This document shows positions 1 through 13,524 of a stretch of DNA of 64,000 nucleotides, one piece after another. The position numbers and the translations under genes are program-made. Position 1 is the first letter of the stretch. Every line of letters starts with the position of its first letter. Source of the stretch: Prorocentrum cordatum (Eukaryota); NCBI GenBank assembly GCA_963575745.1, contig CAUYUJ010000103.1, positions 124,001-188,000 on the forward strand. Reading direction: 5' to 3'. The notes below the pieces were generated by a model. It saw nothing but the letters and a program-made list of their open reading frames with translations. It did not search any database and was not told where the DNA came from.

Positions 1-414
1 AAGGCGTTCGACCGATTTCGACATGAGCGCGCGCGAAGCCCGTTTGGCAGCATTTTGTGAAAATCTTGAAAAACCAATTGGTTTTCTTAAGATTCCGCAG
101 GAGCTTAAGATTTCGCAAGAGCTTTCGCGGAAGCTTTTTTAGCAACTCTGTGTTGCGGCACCCTGTGTTTTTGTATGTTTTTTGAAAACTCGATTGCGCT
201 ATCCTTCCCGCACCGAAGGTTTTTGAAGGATTTCGGCATGCGCGCGCGACGACGCGCGCGTGTGCACTTCGTTTATTTTTTTGCAAGGGACTCGTGAAAA
301 GTGTTGTGTTGGAAAAAAGTCGCCACATAGTGTTTTTTAAAAGGGAACCACAGGGGGGGGAGCCGGCCTAGCTGGGATGGCACGCTTTCATATTTAGGAT
401 GGACGGGTGTGCAT

Positions 415-461
<47 letters not shown>

Positions 462-2107
462 GAATTCGTACAATCCCAGGGGGAACCGATAAGTCCGAAA
501 GGGGGAGAGTCCACTCCCTTTTTTGAAAAGGAGAACCAATTTCTGTTCGCAGTGAGTTGTCCACTCCACTGCTCGCGCAAACATCCCACCCACCCGCCCG
601 CAACTTGGTACGCAACATCTCTTAAGACCGTGGCGGTGGGTACCACATGGCACTTGGCAACAACAGCGACGCCGACGACGACAGCGACAACGACGATGAC
701 GACGCCGCCGGCAACGACTACGACGACACTGGCGACGTTTCCAACGACTTCGACGACGCCGACAACGACGACAACGACGACGACACCGACGACGACGACG
801 ACGACGCCGACGCCGACGACGACGACGATGACAACGACGACGACGATGACGACGCCGACGACGACGTCGATAACGACGACACCGACGACGACGACGTCAA
901 CGATGACGACGACGACGACGACGGCGGCGACGACGGCGACGCCGACGACGACGACGACTTCGACGACAACGACGCCGACGCCGACGACGACGAAGACGAC
1001 GACGACGTCGCCGACGAAGACAACGAGGAAGGAGGGAGGACGACGACGGCGACAACGACGACAACGCCGAGGGAGGAGTGGAGGACGGCGACGACGCGAA
1101 CGACGAATAAGGAGGAAGGACGGCGACGCCGACGACGGCAACGACGACGGAGGAGGGAAGACGACGACGACGACAACGACGTCGACGACGACGACGGTGA
1201 CGGAATAGGAGAGGGATGACGACGAGACGCCGACGACGGACGACGACGACGACGACGAGGGAGGAGGAGGAGGAAGGACGACCACGGCGACAACGACGAC
1301 GGAAACGACCACGAAGCCAAAGAGACGACGACGACGAGAACACGAGGAGGAAGAAAGACAGGGAGGACGACGTAGGCGACGACGACGACGACAACGACGC
1401 GGGAGGAGGGAGGATCGGCGACTGACGAACGACGACGCAAGAAGCGCGCCACCCAATCAAATAGACAAGGCTCATATGTGCATTTCGTGTGCGCGCGCAC
1501 GTTTCTGTTGAAAATTGCGTGTTATGTCCCGGAAACTCCCCCCCCCTTTTTTTTTTTTCCATTTGTGTTTTTGTAGGTTTTTTGGACAGACGATTTTGAA
1601 TTCCTCCCGAAACCGATGGGTTTGGAAGGTTCTCGGCATACGCGCGCGATGACGCGCGCGTCTGCACTTCGTCCCATTCTTTGCAGGGGAGTCTCGCGAC
1701 GGCACACGCGCAAGGGCGTTCGACAGATTTCGCCATGCGCGCGCGAAGCCCGTTTGGTAGCATTTTGTGACAATCTTGAAAACCTTATGGTTTTCTCAAG
1801 ATTTCGCAAGAGTTTTCGCGGAAGTTTTTTTAGCAACTCTGCGTTGCGAAACCATGTGTTTTTGCATTTGTTTGGAAACTCGATTGCGAAATCCTTCAGG
1901 CACCGCAGGTTTTCGACGGATTTCGACATGCGCGCGCGACGACGCGCGCGTGCGCACTTCGTCTCGTTGTTTGCCAGGGATTCGTGAAAAGTGTGATGTT
2001 GGATCAAAAAATATCACCGCATATTTTCTTAAGAAGGGAACCTCAGGGGGGGAAAACCGGCCTAGCTGGGATGGTACGATTTCACATGTAGGATGGACGA
2101 GTGTGCA

Positions 2108-2164
<57 letters not shown>

Positions 2165-2583
2165 AAACCGTACTATCCAGGGGGAAGCGATAAGTCCGGG
2201 GGAGGCGTAGAGTCTATTCTCTTTCTAGAAAGGAGAACTACTATCTGTTCGCAGTGAGTTGTCCACTCTACTGCTCGCGCAAACATCCCACACACGCACC
2301 CGCAACTTGGTTTGCAAAATCTCTGAAGACCGTGACGGTGCGTACCGCATGGCACTTGGCAACAACAGCGACGCCGACGACGACAGCGACAACGACGATG
2401 ACGACGCCGCCGGCAACGACTACGACGACACCGGCGACGTCTCCAACGACTTCGACGACGCCGACAACGACGACGACGACACCGACGACGACGACGACGA
2501 TGACAACGACGACGACGATGACGACGCCGACGACGACGATAACGACGACACCGACGCGACGACGACGTCAATGACGCCGACGT

Positions 2584-2615
<32 letters not shown>

Positions 2616-3475
2616 ACGACGACGACTCCGACGTCGACGACGACGAAGACGACAACGATGCCGACGCCGACGACGACGAAGACAACGACGACGTCGCCAA
2701 CGAAAACAGCGAGGAAGGAGGGAGGACGACGACGGCGACAACGACGACAACGCCGAGGGAGGAGGGAGGACGGCGACGACGCGAACGACGAATAAGGAGG
2801 AAGGACGGCGACGCCGACGACGGCAACGACGACGGAGGAGGGAAGACGACGACGACGACGACGACGACGGCGACGAAATAGGAGGGACGACGACGAAACG
2901 CCGACGACGGACGACGACGACGACGAGGGAGGAGGAAGAAGCACGACCACGGCGACAACGACGACGGAAACGACCACGACGCCAAAGAGGACGCCGACGA
3001 CGAACACGAGGAAAGACAGAGGACGACGTAGGCGACGACGACGACGACGCGGGAGGAGAGAGGACGTCGACGACGACGACGCAAGAGCGCGCGCGCGCAC
3101 GCTTCTGTTGAAAATGCGTGTTGCGAAACCTTGGGTTTTTGTAAGTTTTTTGGACACGATTTTGAAATCCTTCCGAAACCGATGGGTTTTGAAGGTTTGC
3201 GGCATACGCGCGGACGACGCGCGCGTCTGCACTTCGTCCCATTCTTTGCAGGGGAGTCTCGCGACGGCACACGCGCAAGGGCGTTCGACAGATTTCGACA
3301 TGAGCGCGCGCGAAGCCCGTTTGGTAGCATTTTGTGACAATCTTGAAAACCTTCATTAACAAGTTTGCAGCCAATACCTCAGCAACCAGCATGTTAGCTG
3401 ACAATGATGGTTTTCTCAAGATTTCGCGAAGAGCTATGTTTCTTTTCAAGCTTTTGACCTTCCGCGGTACGCTTT

Positions 3476-3770
<295 letters not shown>

Positions 3771-5899
3771 CCATTCTTCTCTTCTTTCTTCTTTTAATTG
3801 CTTTTTTTTCTGCGTTGCGAAACCTTATGGTTGTTGTATGTTTTTTGGGAACTCGATTGCGAAATCCTTCCGGCACCGCAGGTTTTTGAAGGATTTTGGC
3901 ATGCGCGCGCGACGTCGCGCGCGTGCGCACTTCGTGTCGTTTTTTGCAAGGGATTCGTGAAAAAAGTGTTATGTTAGAACAAAACATGTCACCGCATAGT
4001 TTTTTTTTTTTTTTCACAAGGGATCCTCAGGGGGGGGAAACCGGTTTGGCTGGGATGACATGGTCTCATATTTAGGATGGACGAGTGTGCAGAATATATA
4101 TATATATATATATATAGGTGTGAAATCGTACGACGCCAGGGATAACCGATAAGTCCGGGGGGGGGTAGAGTCTATCTATTTATTCTCTTTGTAGAAAGGA
4201 AAATCCACGTGCTGAAGTTGAAGTCGTCATCTTCACTGCTCGCGCAAACATCCACCCACCACCCGCACTTGTTTGCAAAAACCTTATTTTTCTTTCTTCT
4301 TTTTTCTTCTTTTTTTTTTCTTTTTTTTTTTATTCTTTTTCTTTTTCTTTTTTTTTTCCTTCTATCTTTTTCCTTTTTTTTCTTTCTTTTATTTTTACCC
4401 TTTTTTGTTTTTTTTTTTTTCTTGTTTTTTTCTTTTCTTATTTTTTTTCTCTCTCTTTTTTTTCTTTTTTCTCTTTTTTTCTCTTTTTTTCTTTTTTTTT
4501 GTCTTTTTTCTTCTTTTTCTTTTGTTTCTTCTTTAGGACCGACTACGACGACACCGACGACAACGACGACGACGACACCGACGACGTCTCCGACGACTTC
4601 GACGACGGCACCGACGCCGACGACGACGAAAACGACGACGACGACGCCAACGAAGACGACGACGAGGGAGGAGGAAGGACGACGACGGCGACAACGACGA
4701 CAACGACGACAACGACGAATCGAATCGACTCGGCAGGAGGACGCGTCAGGCATCGCAGCGCCGTCTGGGGCGCGCCCGTGTGGCGCGCCACAAGGAGGAG
4801 TTTAGATTCAAAAACAGTTTCTGAGCATGCAGCCTCCAAAGGCCGCACTCCCTAAAAATCCACCACGATCCCCATCCAACCGCCCACGGGGATGCCTCGC
4901 TGAGGCCCCCTGGATCGGTGAGAGGCGAGAAAACACAAACAATAAAAATAAGCCAGGTGCCTCCTCCTCCTCCTCCTCTTCCTCCCACACCGGCCTTGCG
5001 GTGCTCGGAACTCTGGAGGGCAAGAAGGAGGAATACCTGCGGCGGAGGGCGCTGGCCTGCGGTGTCATCACCGCTGCCGCTTCACCGCCGCCGCGACCAC
5101 CCGCGCGTCGTCTCACGTCGTCCGGTATGGTATGGTCATCGTCGTCTTGGCGGGTGGAGGCATCTGGCCAGCTGGCATGCGTCACGAGGCTCTGGCGCGC
5201 AGAGGCGCATCCTAATGACGTATTCTCTTAACTCCCACCCCGATGTTGCACTCCCCCATTCCCCCGACCCATGTCAATTGGGAGGACATTTTCTCGGGTG
5301 CGCGAGCAGCCAAAAAGTTACATGATACATGCGGCGCAGCTCACGTGCATAAGATGTGTGTTATGTATGTGCATGGTGAACTTGCGTGGGTGTCCTCAGA
5401 GGGTATGCCAACGACATCACCGGCTCGGCACTAGCCAATATCTGATGCCATTGGGCCCGTATGTGGCTGCTGCCGCGGATGCTGCTGCTGGAACACGTGC
5501 TGTCGGTGAGGCAAGCTCTGGAAACAAAACCCCCTCTTCTGGCAATGCAATGCGCAACTGGGCTTGTCGTCGTGCCTTGCGGCGGACAACTGCCTCCTGT
5601 CTGTTGCGTCCGATGCGCTCGCGCTGCTCTGCTGTGAGGCTGTGAGGGCGAGGAGGAGGCGGAGGTGGAGGAGGCTGGGACGCATAGCTTGCCTCAAGAT
5701 GCTGAGACCCAATATAAGTATGATCCTCTGACTGCGGATCCGCCTGCCCATGACTCTCCTCATTGGGGTGCAAGATGCCACGCAATCGACTGGACGCAGT
5801 GGGCTTTCGGCCTTTCTTGGCCAGAGCAAAATCTGGGCCGAAAAGGGGGCGACCGCTTTCAGCGTCAAATTGCGAAGGCACAAAAAATGCAAAAATGAG

Positions 5900-6720
5900 G
5901 GGTCTGGTGGGTCTGGCTCCATGTATGTGTCCATACCTGCGGCTAACAAAATGTGGTCAAGCATAGCTCTGCCTATAGCACTCACTGCACATGCTGGCTG
6001 GATGCACTTTCTTCGCTGCCGTGCGAAACTCTCCCGACTCCGTTTTGCCGGTGAGTGTGACATGCGTGCCACGCGGGTGTGAACAAAAGCCTCGACCAGG
6101 GGTGTCGAGAATATGCCCTCTCAACGTGGGCAAGCTGACCGAGAGAATGCCTGTGGGCGCGCGGCCAATCTGACCGTGCTCGCATTGGTCGAATATCACG
6201 AAGTCTGATGCTGGGGCTGCTCTGACTGCTTGCAAAGGCCGAAATGACCACGATGGCACTGCTTGGGGCCTCCACTCCGCAGGCGCCGGATGCTCCATCC
6301 AGGCTGCGGCGCGACACCTAAGCGCTGCGATAAGCAGGCGGACAGTCGCCTGCAACAATAGGTTACCAACCTCCAACTGGAGGTGCTGTCTCCGTGTGAT
6401 GGGAGTCAGTCCCCATGGCTGCTGCCAACTGCGCAGTGGGGGGGGGGCCTCCGTCTAGCCAGCGAGACGCACTGAAAGTTTCACATGCCCCCCCCAAAAA
6501 AAACTGCAATTCGGCCTGCGAGAAGATGATCTTCCCACAGGTCGATCGTGGGCGTGTGAATCAAGTCCCCTCGCGCCGCATCAATGGCGACATCTAAACT
6601 TAAAACCCGCGCGTCAAGGTCGCTCGTAGTTGCGTGATGGAGCGCCTCAACAGCATCCTGGACGTCGCCTGATCTTCGGACTCCACTGAACATGTTGACG
6701 ATAAAAATTGTCCGACGTCT
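5900..6720 (-). pseudogene. LINE-borne C5 cytosine methyltransferase-like domain (frameshifted)
   Basis: Motif I-like IVNMFSGVRRSGD, VLSLDVAID..GD, then after a frameshift in a T8/G8 run G-A-C-ETFSASR (motif IV, normally PC), GNLLL, MEHP (motif VI-like), FDQCEHG, FRTAAKKVHP..MC. Confidence 0.75.
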
Positions 6721-6893
6721 GAGCGGACGGGGATATGAGTCAGCGAAACTATCCCGACATGCCTCCGAATCAAACGGAAGATCCAGAGACCAGTCGGTGA
6801 CTTCTGGAGCAGGGGGAGGGGGGGGGGGCAAGAGGCGGGGGAGGAGGACGCTCGACATCGAAATCATGATGGTCCCTGAGCAACTGCCGCGCT

Positions 6894-7275
6894 TCATTTT
6901 GAGTATACTGCGCGCAATTGCTTGGCCTCTGGCGCGATGGCGCCGGGGGCGCACGGAACGTTCGCATATGTACGAGGCCTGCCATGAATTCGATCATCTT
7001 TTCGCTCTTGAGCCTCCTGTTCCTGCACAAGTGCGCGCTGCTGCTCATCAATCGGGCGCGCATGCAGGACATGATATAACATGCATATTGCGCTGCCGCG
7101 CTGTGCGTGCTGAAACAAAACTGCCGCGCTCGCATATTGCTTGCCACGTGCCAGGCATTTGCTGCCAGACAAGTGCCGACGTGCAATATCATTGTGGGAT
7201 GTGTGTGCGCGGGTGATATGTGTATTTAAATTCACTTGAGATGGAAACGTCTTGGCGCAGAAGGGGCGCTGGGGG
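6894..7275 (-). pseudogene. Two degenerate C2H2-type zinc fingers of the LINE ORF
   Basis: [R]PFCAKTFPSQVNLNTHITRAH and KCLA[R]GKQYASAAVLFQH, each with one Cys position occupied by Arg. Confidence 0.65.
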
Positions 7276-9140
7276 GGCGAGAGAGGGGGGGTGGAGCGGG
7301 CCGGTCTCGTGCTGGGGGCAACCCTGCATCGCGTGCCTCTGCCGCGATGGTGCGCCCCCAATGCTGTGCTCTAACTCGCCTGGTGACTTCGTTTGCGCGT
7401 GCCTGCGCAGCTGAACGAATGATGGCCTGCCATCGATGGGGGGCAGAGCGTATAAAGACTGTCCAATGTTTAATGTCGGCCACCGGGGTCGGAAACTCTG
7501 TGATGTGATGGGCCGAGCGCCGAAGCCAATGCATATCATCTTTGACCTGCTCTAGCCACGATGCCGAGTGGGCGGCGCTCTCCGCCGCTACCAACGCTAA
7601 AAGAACAGGTGGAGCTGCATTCGCAACTTGCCCAACAAGCCTGAGGCGCGCCACCCGGATCTGGACGAGAGTCTCTGGTCGGCGAGCCCGAGCCAAGACT
7701 TGATCATTGGACGGGGACTCGGCCGAACACCTGGGGGAATTAAGGCCAGCGCGATATATCTTTAAGATGTCCATGTGTATGCGATGCAAATCGTTTATAA
7801 TCGGCCCCGCCATGCTCCTGCTCCGTACAAACGTGCATTCATGATGAGGCTGTCTGCGAGGGCCAAACGATTTTTGCAGGAAGGTCCCGAGCAACCCGAA
7901 AAACTTGCCTGAGCGAGGTAAGCGACGACGAGCAAGTGTGTTGCCTGTGTGCTTGTTCTGGTGTGAATGATAGTGTGTCCGTATGTATGGCTCCCAGATA
8001 AGGATATTGCCTTACCACTTTGAGTTGAGGACTACCGTGGACCTTGGGGAGCTTGATGTATCCATGCATTGTGTGCCATATTGCGTGCCGTAATGCCTTC
8101 GAACCTTTGCCGCGAATGGCGATCAAAACCTCGATTTTCCTGGCTTGTAATTCACCGACTACCCACGCGGCGCAAAGCAGTTTAGCACAATCGTAGCAAA
8201 TTCACGGAACTTCACAAGGAACGCGCAATTGTCGGTTGCAGAATTGTAGAGCGCATCGTCTACGTACTCGAGGTGAGCAAATTGGTGTGGTGCCTCCTCT
8301 GCCCCCTCTGATGGAGTAAGAGTATCGGCGTCGAAGTTCGGCAAGGGCGTGGCTAAACCTGCCTGGGCTAGTCGAATAATTGCCATGTTCGAGACCTCAG
8401 AGATTATGAACAGAAAATCGCGTCGCCAAGAGGTAGGCCAGGGCGCGCCCCCTTGAACGTCAAGGCCAAGCGAGCAGCGCCAGGTAGGAGAAACCACGCA
8501 TCCCGATATGCCTCTTCCAGCATGGCTAGATAGCGCCCATCAAGCCCGTGTGTAAGCAGGGAAGGCAAGCTACGTAGTCGTTGTTCCAGCTCCACAACTG
8601 CAGATGGGGGTAGTCCTGCTTTCAATACCAGCTGTGCAATGCCATGTCAGTCCAATGTCGTCTTCATCACCAATTCGCGAATGCTCGAGTACAAGGCCGA
8701 CGTGGCGTCTACAAATAGCTGCGCACACGTGATGCCTCGTTTGCCACTGGGGCTGGGAGTATGTTTTGCCAGGGACTGAAATTGCCTGGCAGCCAACATT
8801 GCCACGGGGGTACCTCTTCCAGGCAATGATCCATATTGGCTGGCGCCTGCAACTGCGGACATCGTCGGCGCCAACTTGCGCCGGAGGAAGGAGTGATACT
8901 TCTTGGAGGTATGCGCGGCCATTGGCACCGATCGTGCTGATGAGCACGCGCTTGACTCTGACAGTGTTTTAGGAATTTGTTGCAACAGTCCACCTTTCCA
9001 TTGGACAGGCTCACAACGCAGCATCACTGTCTTGACAGCGAGCGGGAAGTACAAAGGCGCCAACTCTGTCGCAAACGCACGAATGAAATCACCAGATTGG
9101 CCGTCACGGCCGGCTGCGCCATGGCCAGTCATGGCCAATG
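7232..9140 (-). pseudogene. LINE reverse transcriptase (frameshifted fragments)
   Basis: AAGRDG, WKGG..IPK, QYGSLPGRG, LFVDATSALYS (8647..9138); GARPGLPLGDAIF (8404..8625); EYVDD (8159..8497); YPYLG (7839..8126); RLRLVGQV (7232..7894). Confidence 0.9.
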
Positions 9141-9888
9141 CCTTCTCATACTGAAAGTAGGTCGGGCAATTGTGCAGCTGGAGTCGGTGCTCAGGTACCC
9201 GGGCGATGTCTCGTAGGACTGCGTCGGCTGTGGTTGGCGCGATGGCGGCAGCATGTTCTTGCCGCGCAGAATATTATGTCCAGCGCTCGTGGATGTCCAG
9301 GGCAGGGGCGTGGCGGCCAACTCTGAGTTGGCACATTCTACTGCGGGAAATATACCACGCTTTACCTTCTTCCGTCCACCCACGCCCATGGATCTCAGCG
9401 TAGCAGATGCTGGTGCAAATCGTCGGCCCTGGTAATCATTCACCAGACGCTGTGCTAGCTTATGTAGATGCTGGCCCGCGTCAGCATTGGTGAGCAGATG
9501 TCCGTACCACGCGTGCGGATGTAATAATATGTGTAACAAGGCAGTGAACCGTTGAGCTAAAATGCTTACGGACTCCCATATCCAACTGTCGTCGCCTGGC
9601 TCGCCTGCCAGAGGTAGCTGCCTGTTGTCAAAAAATCGGACGAACGCGTCGTACGAGCACAGGGGAAACTTACCAGGAATGATAGTGGTCTGGTAGAGCG
9701 CCAGTCGATATCCAGCAGATTCCTGAACAATTTGGCGTAAGTCATGCATGGCCCCACAGTACTTATTGCATGCTGTAAGTGAACTGAGACATGATAGGTG
9801 CCCATACGTATGTGTATAACTACTAAGCCGTCGTACATCTTGTACCACGCGATGCCATGCTAGTATGTACATGCACAGCTTGCCCCGC

Positions 9889-10992
9889 TTAAGCTCGTCT
9901 AAGATAGTCCCCCATACGTCTTCGAGTAGCCGCCTTGACCCTGTGATGCTCCTTGGTTGAGGTCGAAACCCATCCCTGGTATGGCGTTGGCGCCTGAACT
10001 AAATTCTCCTGAATAGCCCCCAACACATGGTCGTTCAACGCCTGACAATGTTGTGAGGGGGGAGTGTTCCAGGTAGGACGGGGGGGATCTTGGGTGAGTT
10101 TCCTTTGCGCCGTGGCCCGAACCTCGGGGTCCTGGAGCAGCCGGGGACAAATTCTGGGCCTGGACGGGGAGAAGGAGGAGGGTGACTTGAGACAGGGGAC
10201 AGAACACATGATACCCACTGCATCGTGGTCTTGCTGCCATTGAACTGCGGCGTATATAGTCACGTCAACGCCTGACCACGTCGCAGAATCCAACTGGCTC
10301 TGGGGGATCGCAATGTAGTCGATCCTTTTGGACGCTTTAATGGCCCCAGGGGCGGTCCATGTGGCTGAGATGCTAGACGTCTTGGAAAACGTGGCAGGGA
10401 TGCAATGGTCCTGTTGTGTGGAGAACCGGTGAAACTTGGCGCCATTTGGATTCCCCTGTTCGGCCCCTACTGGGCCGATAGCCTTGGACTGCTGCGAGCC
10501 TATCGCCGAGTTGGCATCGCACAGCACGATGGGCATAGCATCTGGCTGAAGATGCTTCTTGCACTGCCGACCGGTGTCAACCCACCATTTCTCGATTTCT
10601 GCGGGGGGCCGTCGACTATGAGGTGCATGCAATATAAAGATATTGAGCTTATGCCTGTCTGTCTGGACGGTGGCAAACATACGCGTAGGTGAGACAAGAC
10701 TGACAGCCGCTCGCCTCGCATTGGCAAAGACATGTTGAAAAGGATGAAGCAACTTCGTCTGTACCCACAGAGAACACCCGTGCGTCCGCATCTGTGTGCC
10801 GGGGGAATGGAAAACCGAATATGGCCCTATCGTGGTAACTGAGCGTGTTCTCATCCTAGTTTCTGCCATCCCGATGGTCTGAGACCATGCCCTGGAAAAT
10901 TGATCTGACAGCATGCTCATGCGCCCGCGCATCCGAAGTCCTGCCCACAGCCCCTTGCTTTTGGATGAATGGGGACGTAGGGTAAGGACGTT
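9889..10992 (-). pseudogene. LINE apurinic-like (EEP/APE) endonuclease domain
   Basis: NVLTL, IGMAETR, GCSLW, ILHAPHS, IVLCDANS, ATWT, KRIDYIAI and QDHDAV motifs in canonical EEP order in the C-terminal part of ORF 9889..11775. Confidence 0.9.
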
Positions 10993-13423
10993 GAGGGAGG
11001 ACGGCGACGACGCGAACGACGAAGAAGGAGGAAGGACGGCGACGCCGACGACGACAACGATGAGGGAGGAGGGAAGACGACGACGACAACGACGAAGACG
11101 ACGACGACGGCGACGAAATAGGAGGGACGACGACGAGACGCCGACGACGGACGACGACGACGACGAGGGAGGAGGAGGAAGGACGACCACGGCGACAGCG
11201 ACGACGGAAACGACCACGACGCCAAAGAGGACGACGACGACGAACACGAGGAAGGACAGAGGACGACGTAGGCGACGACGACGACGACGACGCGGGAGGA
11301 GGGAGGACGGCGACGATGACGACGACGACGCAAGAGCGCGCGCGCACGCTTGTGTTGAAAACCCGTGTTGCGAAACCTTGGGTTTCTGCAGGTTTCTTGG
11401 ACACATGATTTTGGAATCCTTCCGAAACCTATGGGTTTTGAAGGTTTTCGGCATACGCGCGCGACGACGCGCGCGTCTGCACTTCGCCCCATTTGTTGCA
11501 GGGGGGTCTCGCGACGGCACACGCGCAAGGGCGTTCGACAGATTTCGACATGCGCGCGCGCGAAGCACGTTTAATAGCAATTTGTGAAAATCTTGAAGAA
11601 CCCATGGTTTCTTAAGATTCCGCAAGAGCTCGCGCGTAAGCTGTTTTAGCAAACCAGTGTTGCGAAACCTTGTGTTTTTTATATGCTTTTTGGAAACTCG
11701 ATTGCGAAATCCTTCCGGCACCGAAGGTTTTTGAAGGATTTCGGCATGCGCGCGCGACGACGCGCGCGTGTGCACTTCGTTTCGTTTTTTGCCATGGATT
11801 CGTGAAACATTGTTATGTTAGAATTAACAATGTCACCGCATCGTGTTTTTTACAAGGGAACCTCAGGGGAGGAAACCGGTTTGGTTTGGCTGGGGTGATC
11901 TGATTTCATATTTAGGATGGACCGGTAAGTCCGGGGGGGTAGAGTCTATTAGTCTCTTAGATAGGAGAATCAGCTTTGACCGTCTTGAAGCTGTCTTCTC
12001 TAGCGCTCGTGCAAACATCCCACCCTCCCACCCGCAACTTGGTCGCAAGACTTCTTAAGACAAGACCGTGATGGTAGGTCCCACATGGCACTTGGCCACG
12101 ACACCGACGACGACAGCGACAACGACGACGACGGCGCCGCAGACACCGACTACGACGACACCGCCGACGTCGACGTCGACGAAGACGACGACGACGCCGA
12201 CGCCGACGACGACGACGACGTCGCCAACGGAGACGACGACGAGGGAGGAGGAAAAACGACGACGGCGACAACGACGACAACGACGGTGGAGGAGGAAAGA
12301 CGGCGACGACGCGAACGACGAAAAAGGAGGAATGACGGCGACGCCGACGACGACAACGACGACGGAGGAGGGAAGACGACGACGACAACGACGACGGAGA
12401 CGACGACGACGACGGCGACGAAATAGGAGGGACGACGACGAGACGCCGACGACGGACGACGACGACGACGACGACGAGGGAGGAGGATAACGACGAGAGA
12501 TGAGTGAAGACCACGACGACGACGACGACGAAATAGGAGGGACAACGACGAGACGCCGACGAAGGCGACGATGGAGGGAGGACGACCACGGCGACAACGA
12601 CGACGGAAGCGACGACGACGCCAAGACGACGACGATGACGGCGAGGAAAGACAGAAGACGACGACGGCGATGACGACGATGACGACGACGACGAGGGAGG
12701 AGGGAGGACGACGACGACGACGACGCAAGAGCGCGCGCGCACGCTTTTGTTGAAAACCCGTGTTGCGAAACCTTGTGTTTTTGTAGGTTTTTTGGGCACG
12801 ATGTTGGAATCCTTTCGAAACCAATGGTTTTTGAAGGATTTCGGCATACGCGCGGGACTTCGCGCGCGTCTGCAATTCGCCACATTTTTTGGCAAAGGAT
12901 TGTCGCGACGGCACACGCGCAAGGGCGTTCGACAGATGTCGACATGCGCGCGCGAACCCCGTTTGGTAGCATTTTGTAGAAATCTTGGAAGACCTATGAT
13001 TTGCCGGGGAGTCTCGCGACGGCACATGCGCAAGGGCGTTCGACAGATTTCGACATGCGCGCGCGAAGCACGTTTAATAGCAATTTGTGAAAATCTTGAA
13101 GAACAAATGGTTTCCTAAGATTTCGCAAGAGCTCGCGCGTAAGCGTTTTTTGCAAACCAGTGTTGCGACACCTTGTGTTTTTGCATTTTTTTGGGAAATT
13201 CTATTTTGAAATCTCTTCGGAACCGAAGGTTTTTGAAGGATTTCGGCATGCGCGCGCGACGACGCGCGCGTGTGCACTTCGTTTCGTTTTTTGCAAGGGA
13301 TTCGCGGACAAGTTTTATGTTAGAGCAACACCGCATGGTGTTTTTTACAGGGGAACCTCAGGGGGGGAACCCGGTTTGGCTGGGATGGTATGATTTCGTA
13401 TTTAGGATGGACGAGTGTGCAGG

Positions 13424-13468
<45 letters not shown>

Positions 13469-13524
13469 CATATTGTCTCAGGGGGAGCCGATAAGTCCGG
13501 GGTGGGGAGGGGGTATAATCGATA

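Larger units (their letters stand above)
4718..10992 (-). mobile_element. Non-LTR retrotransposon (LINE), 5'-truncated and decayed, with C-terminal DNMT-like domain
   Basis: Non-repetitive 6.3 kb block splitting one satellite unit (left ...ACAACGACGA, right GAGGGAGGACGGCG...). Collinear APE, RT, Zn-finger and methyltransferase-like motifs on the minus strand; short (GATTC)-type tail at the 3' junction; no clean TSD. Confidence 0.92.

Noticed and set aside
9889..11775. 628-aa ORF as a satellite-endonuclease fusion protein
   Set aside because: The N-terminal ~260 aa are satellite sequence that happens to be open across the 5' truncation junction.
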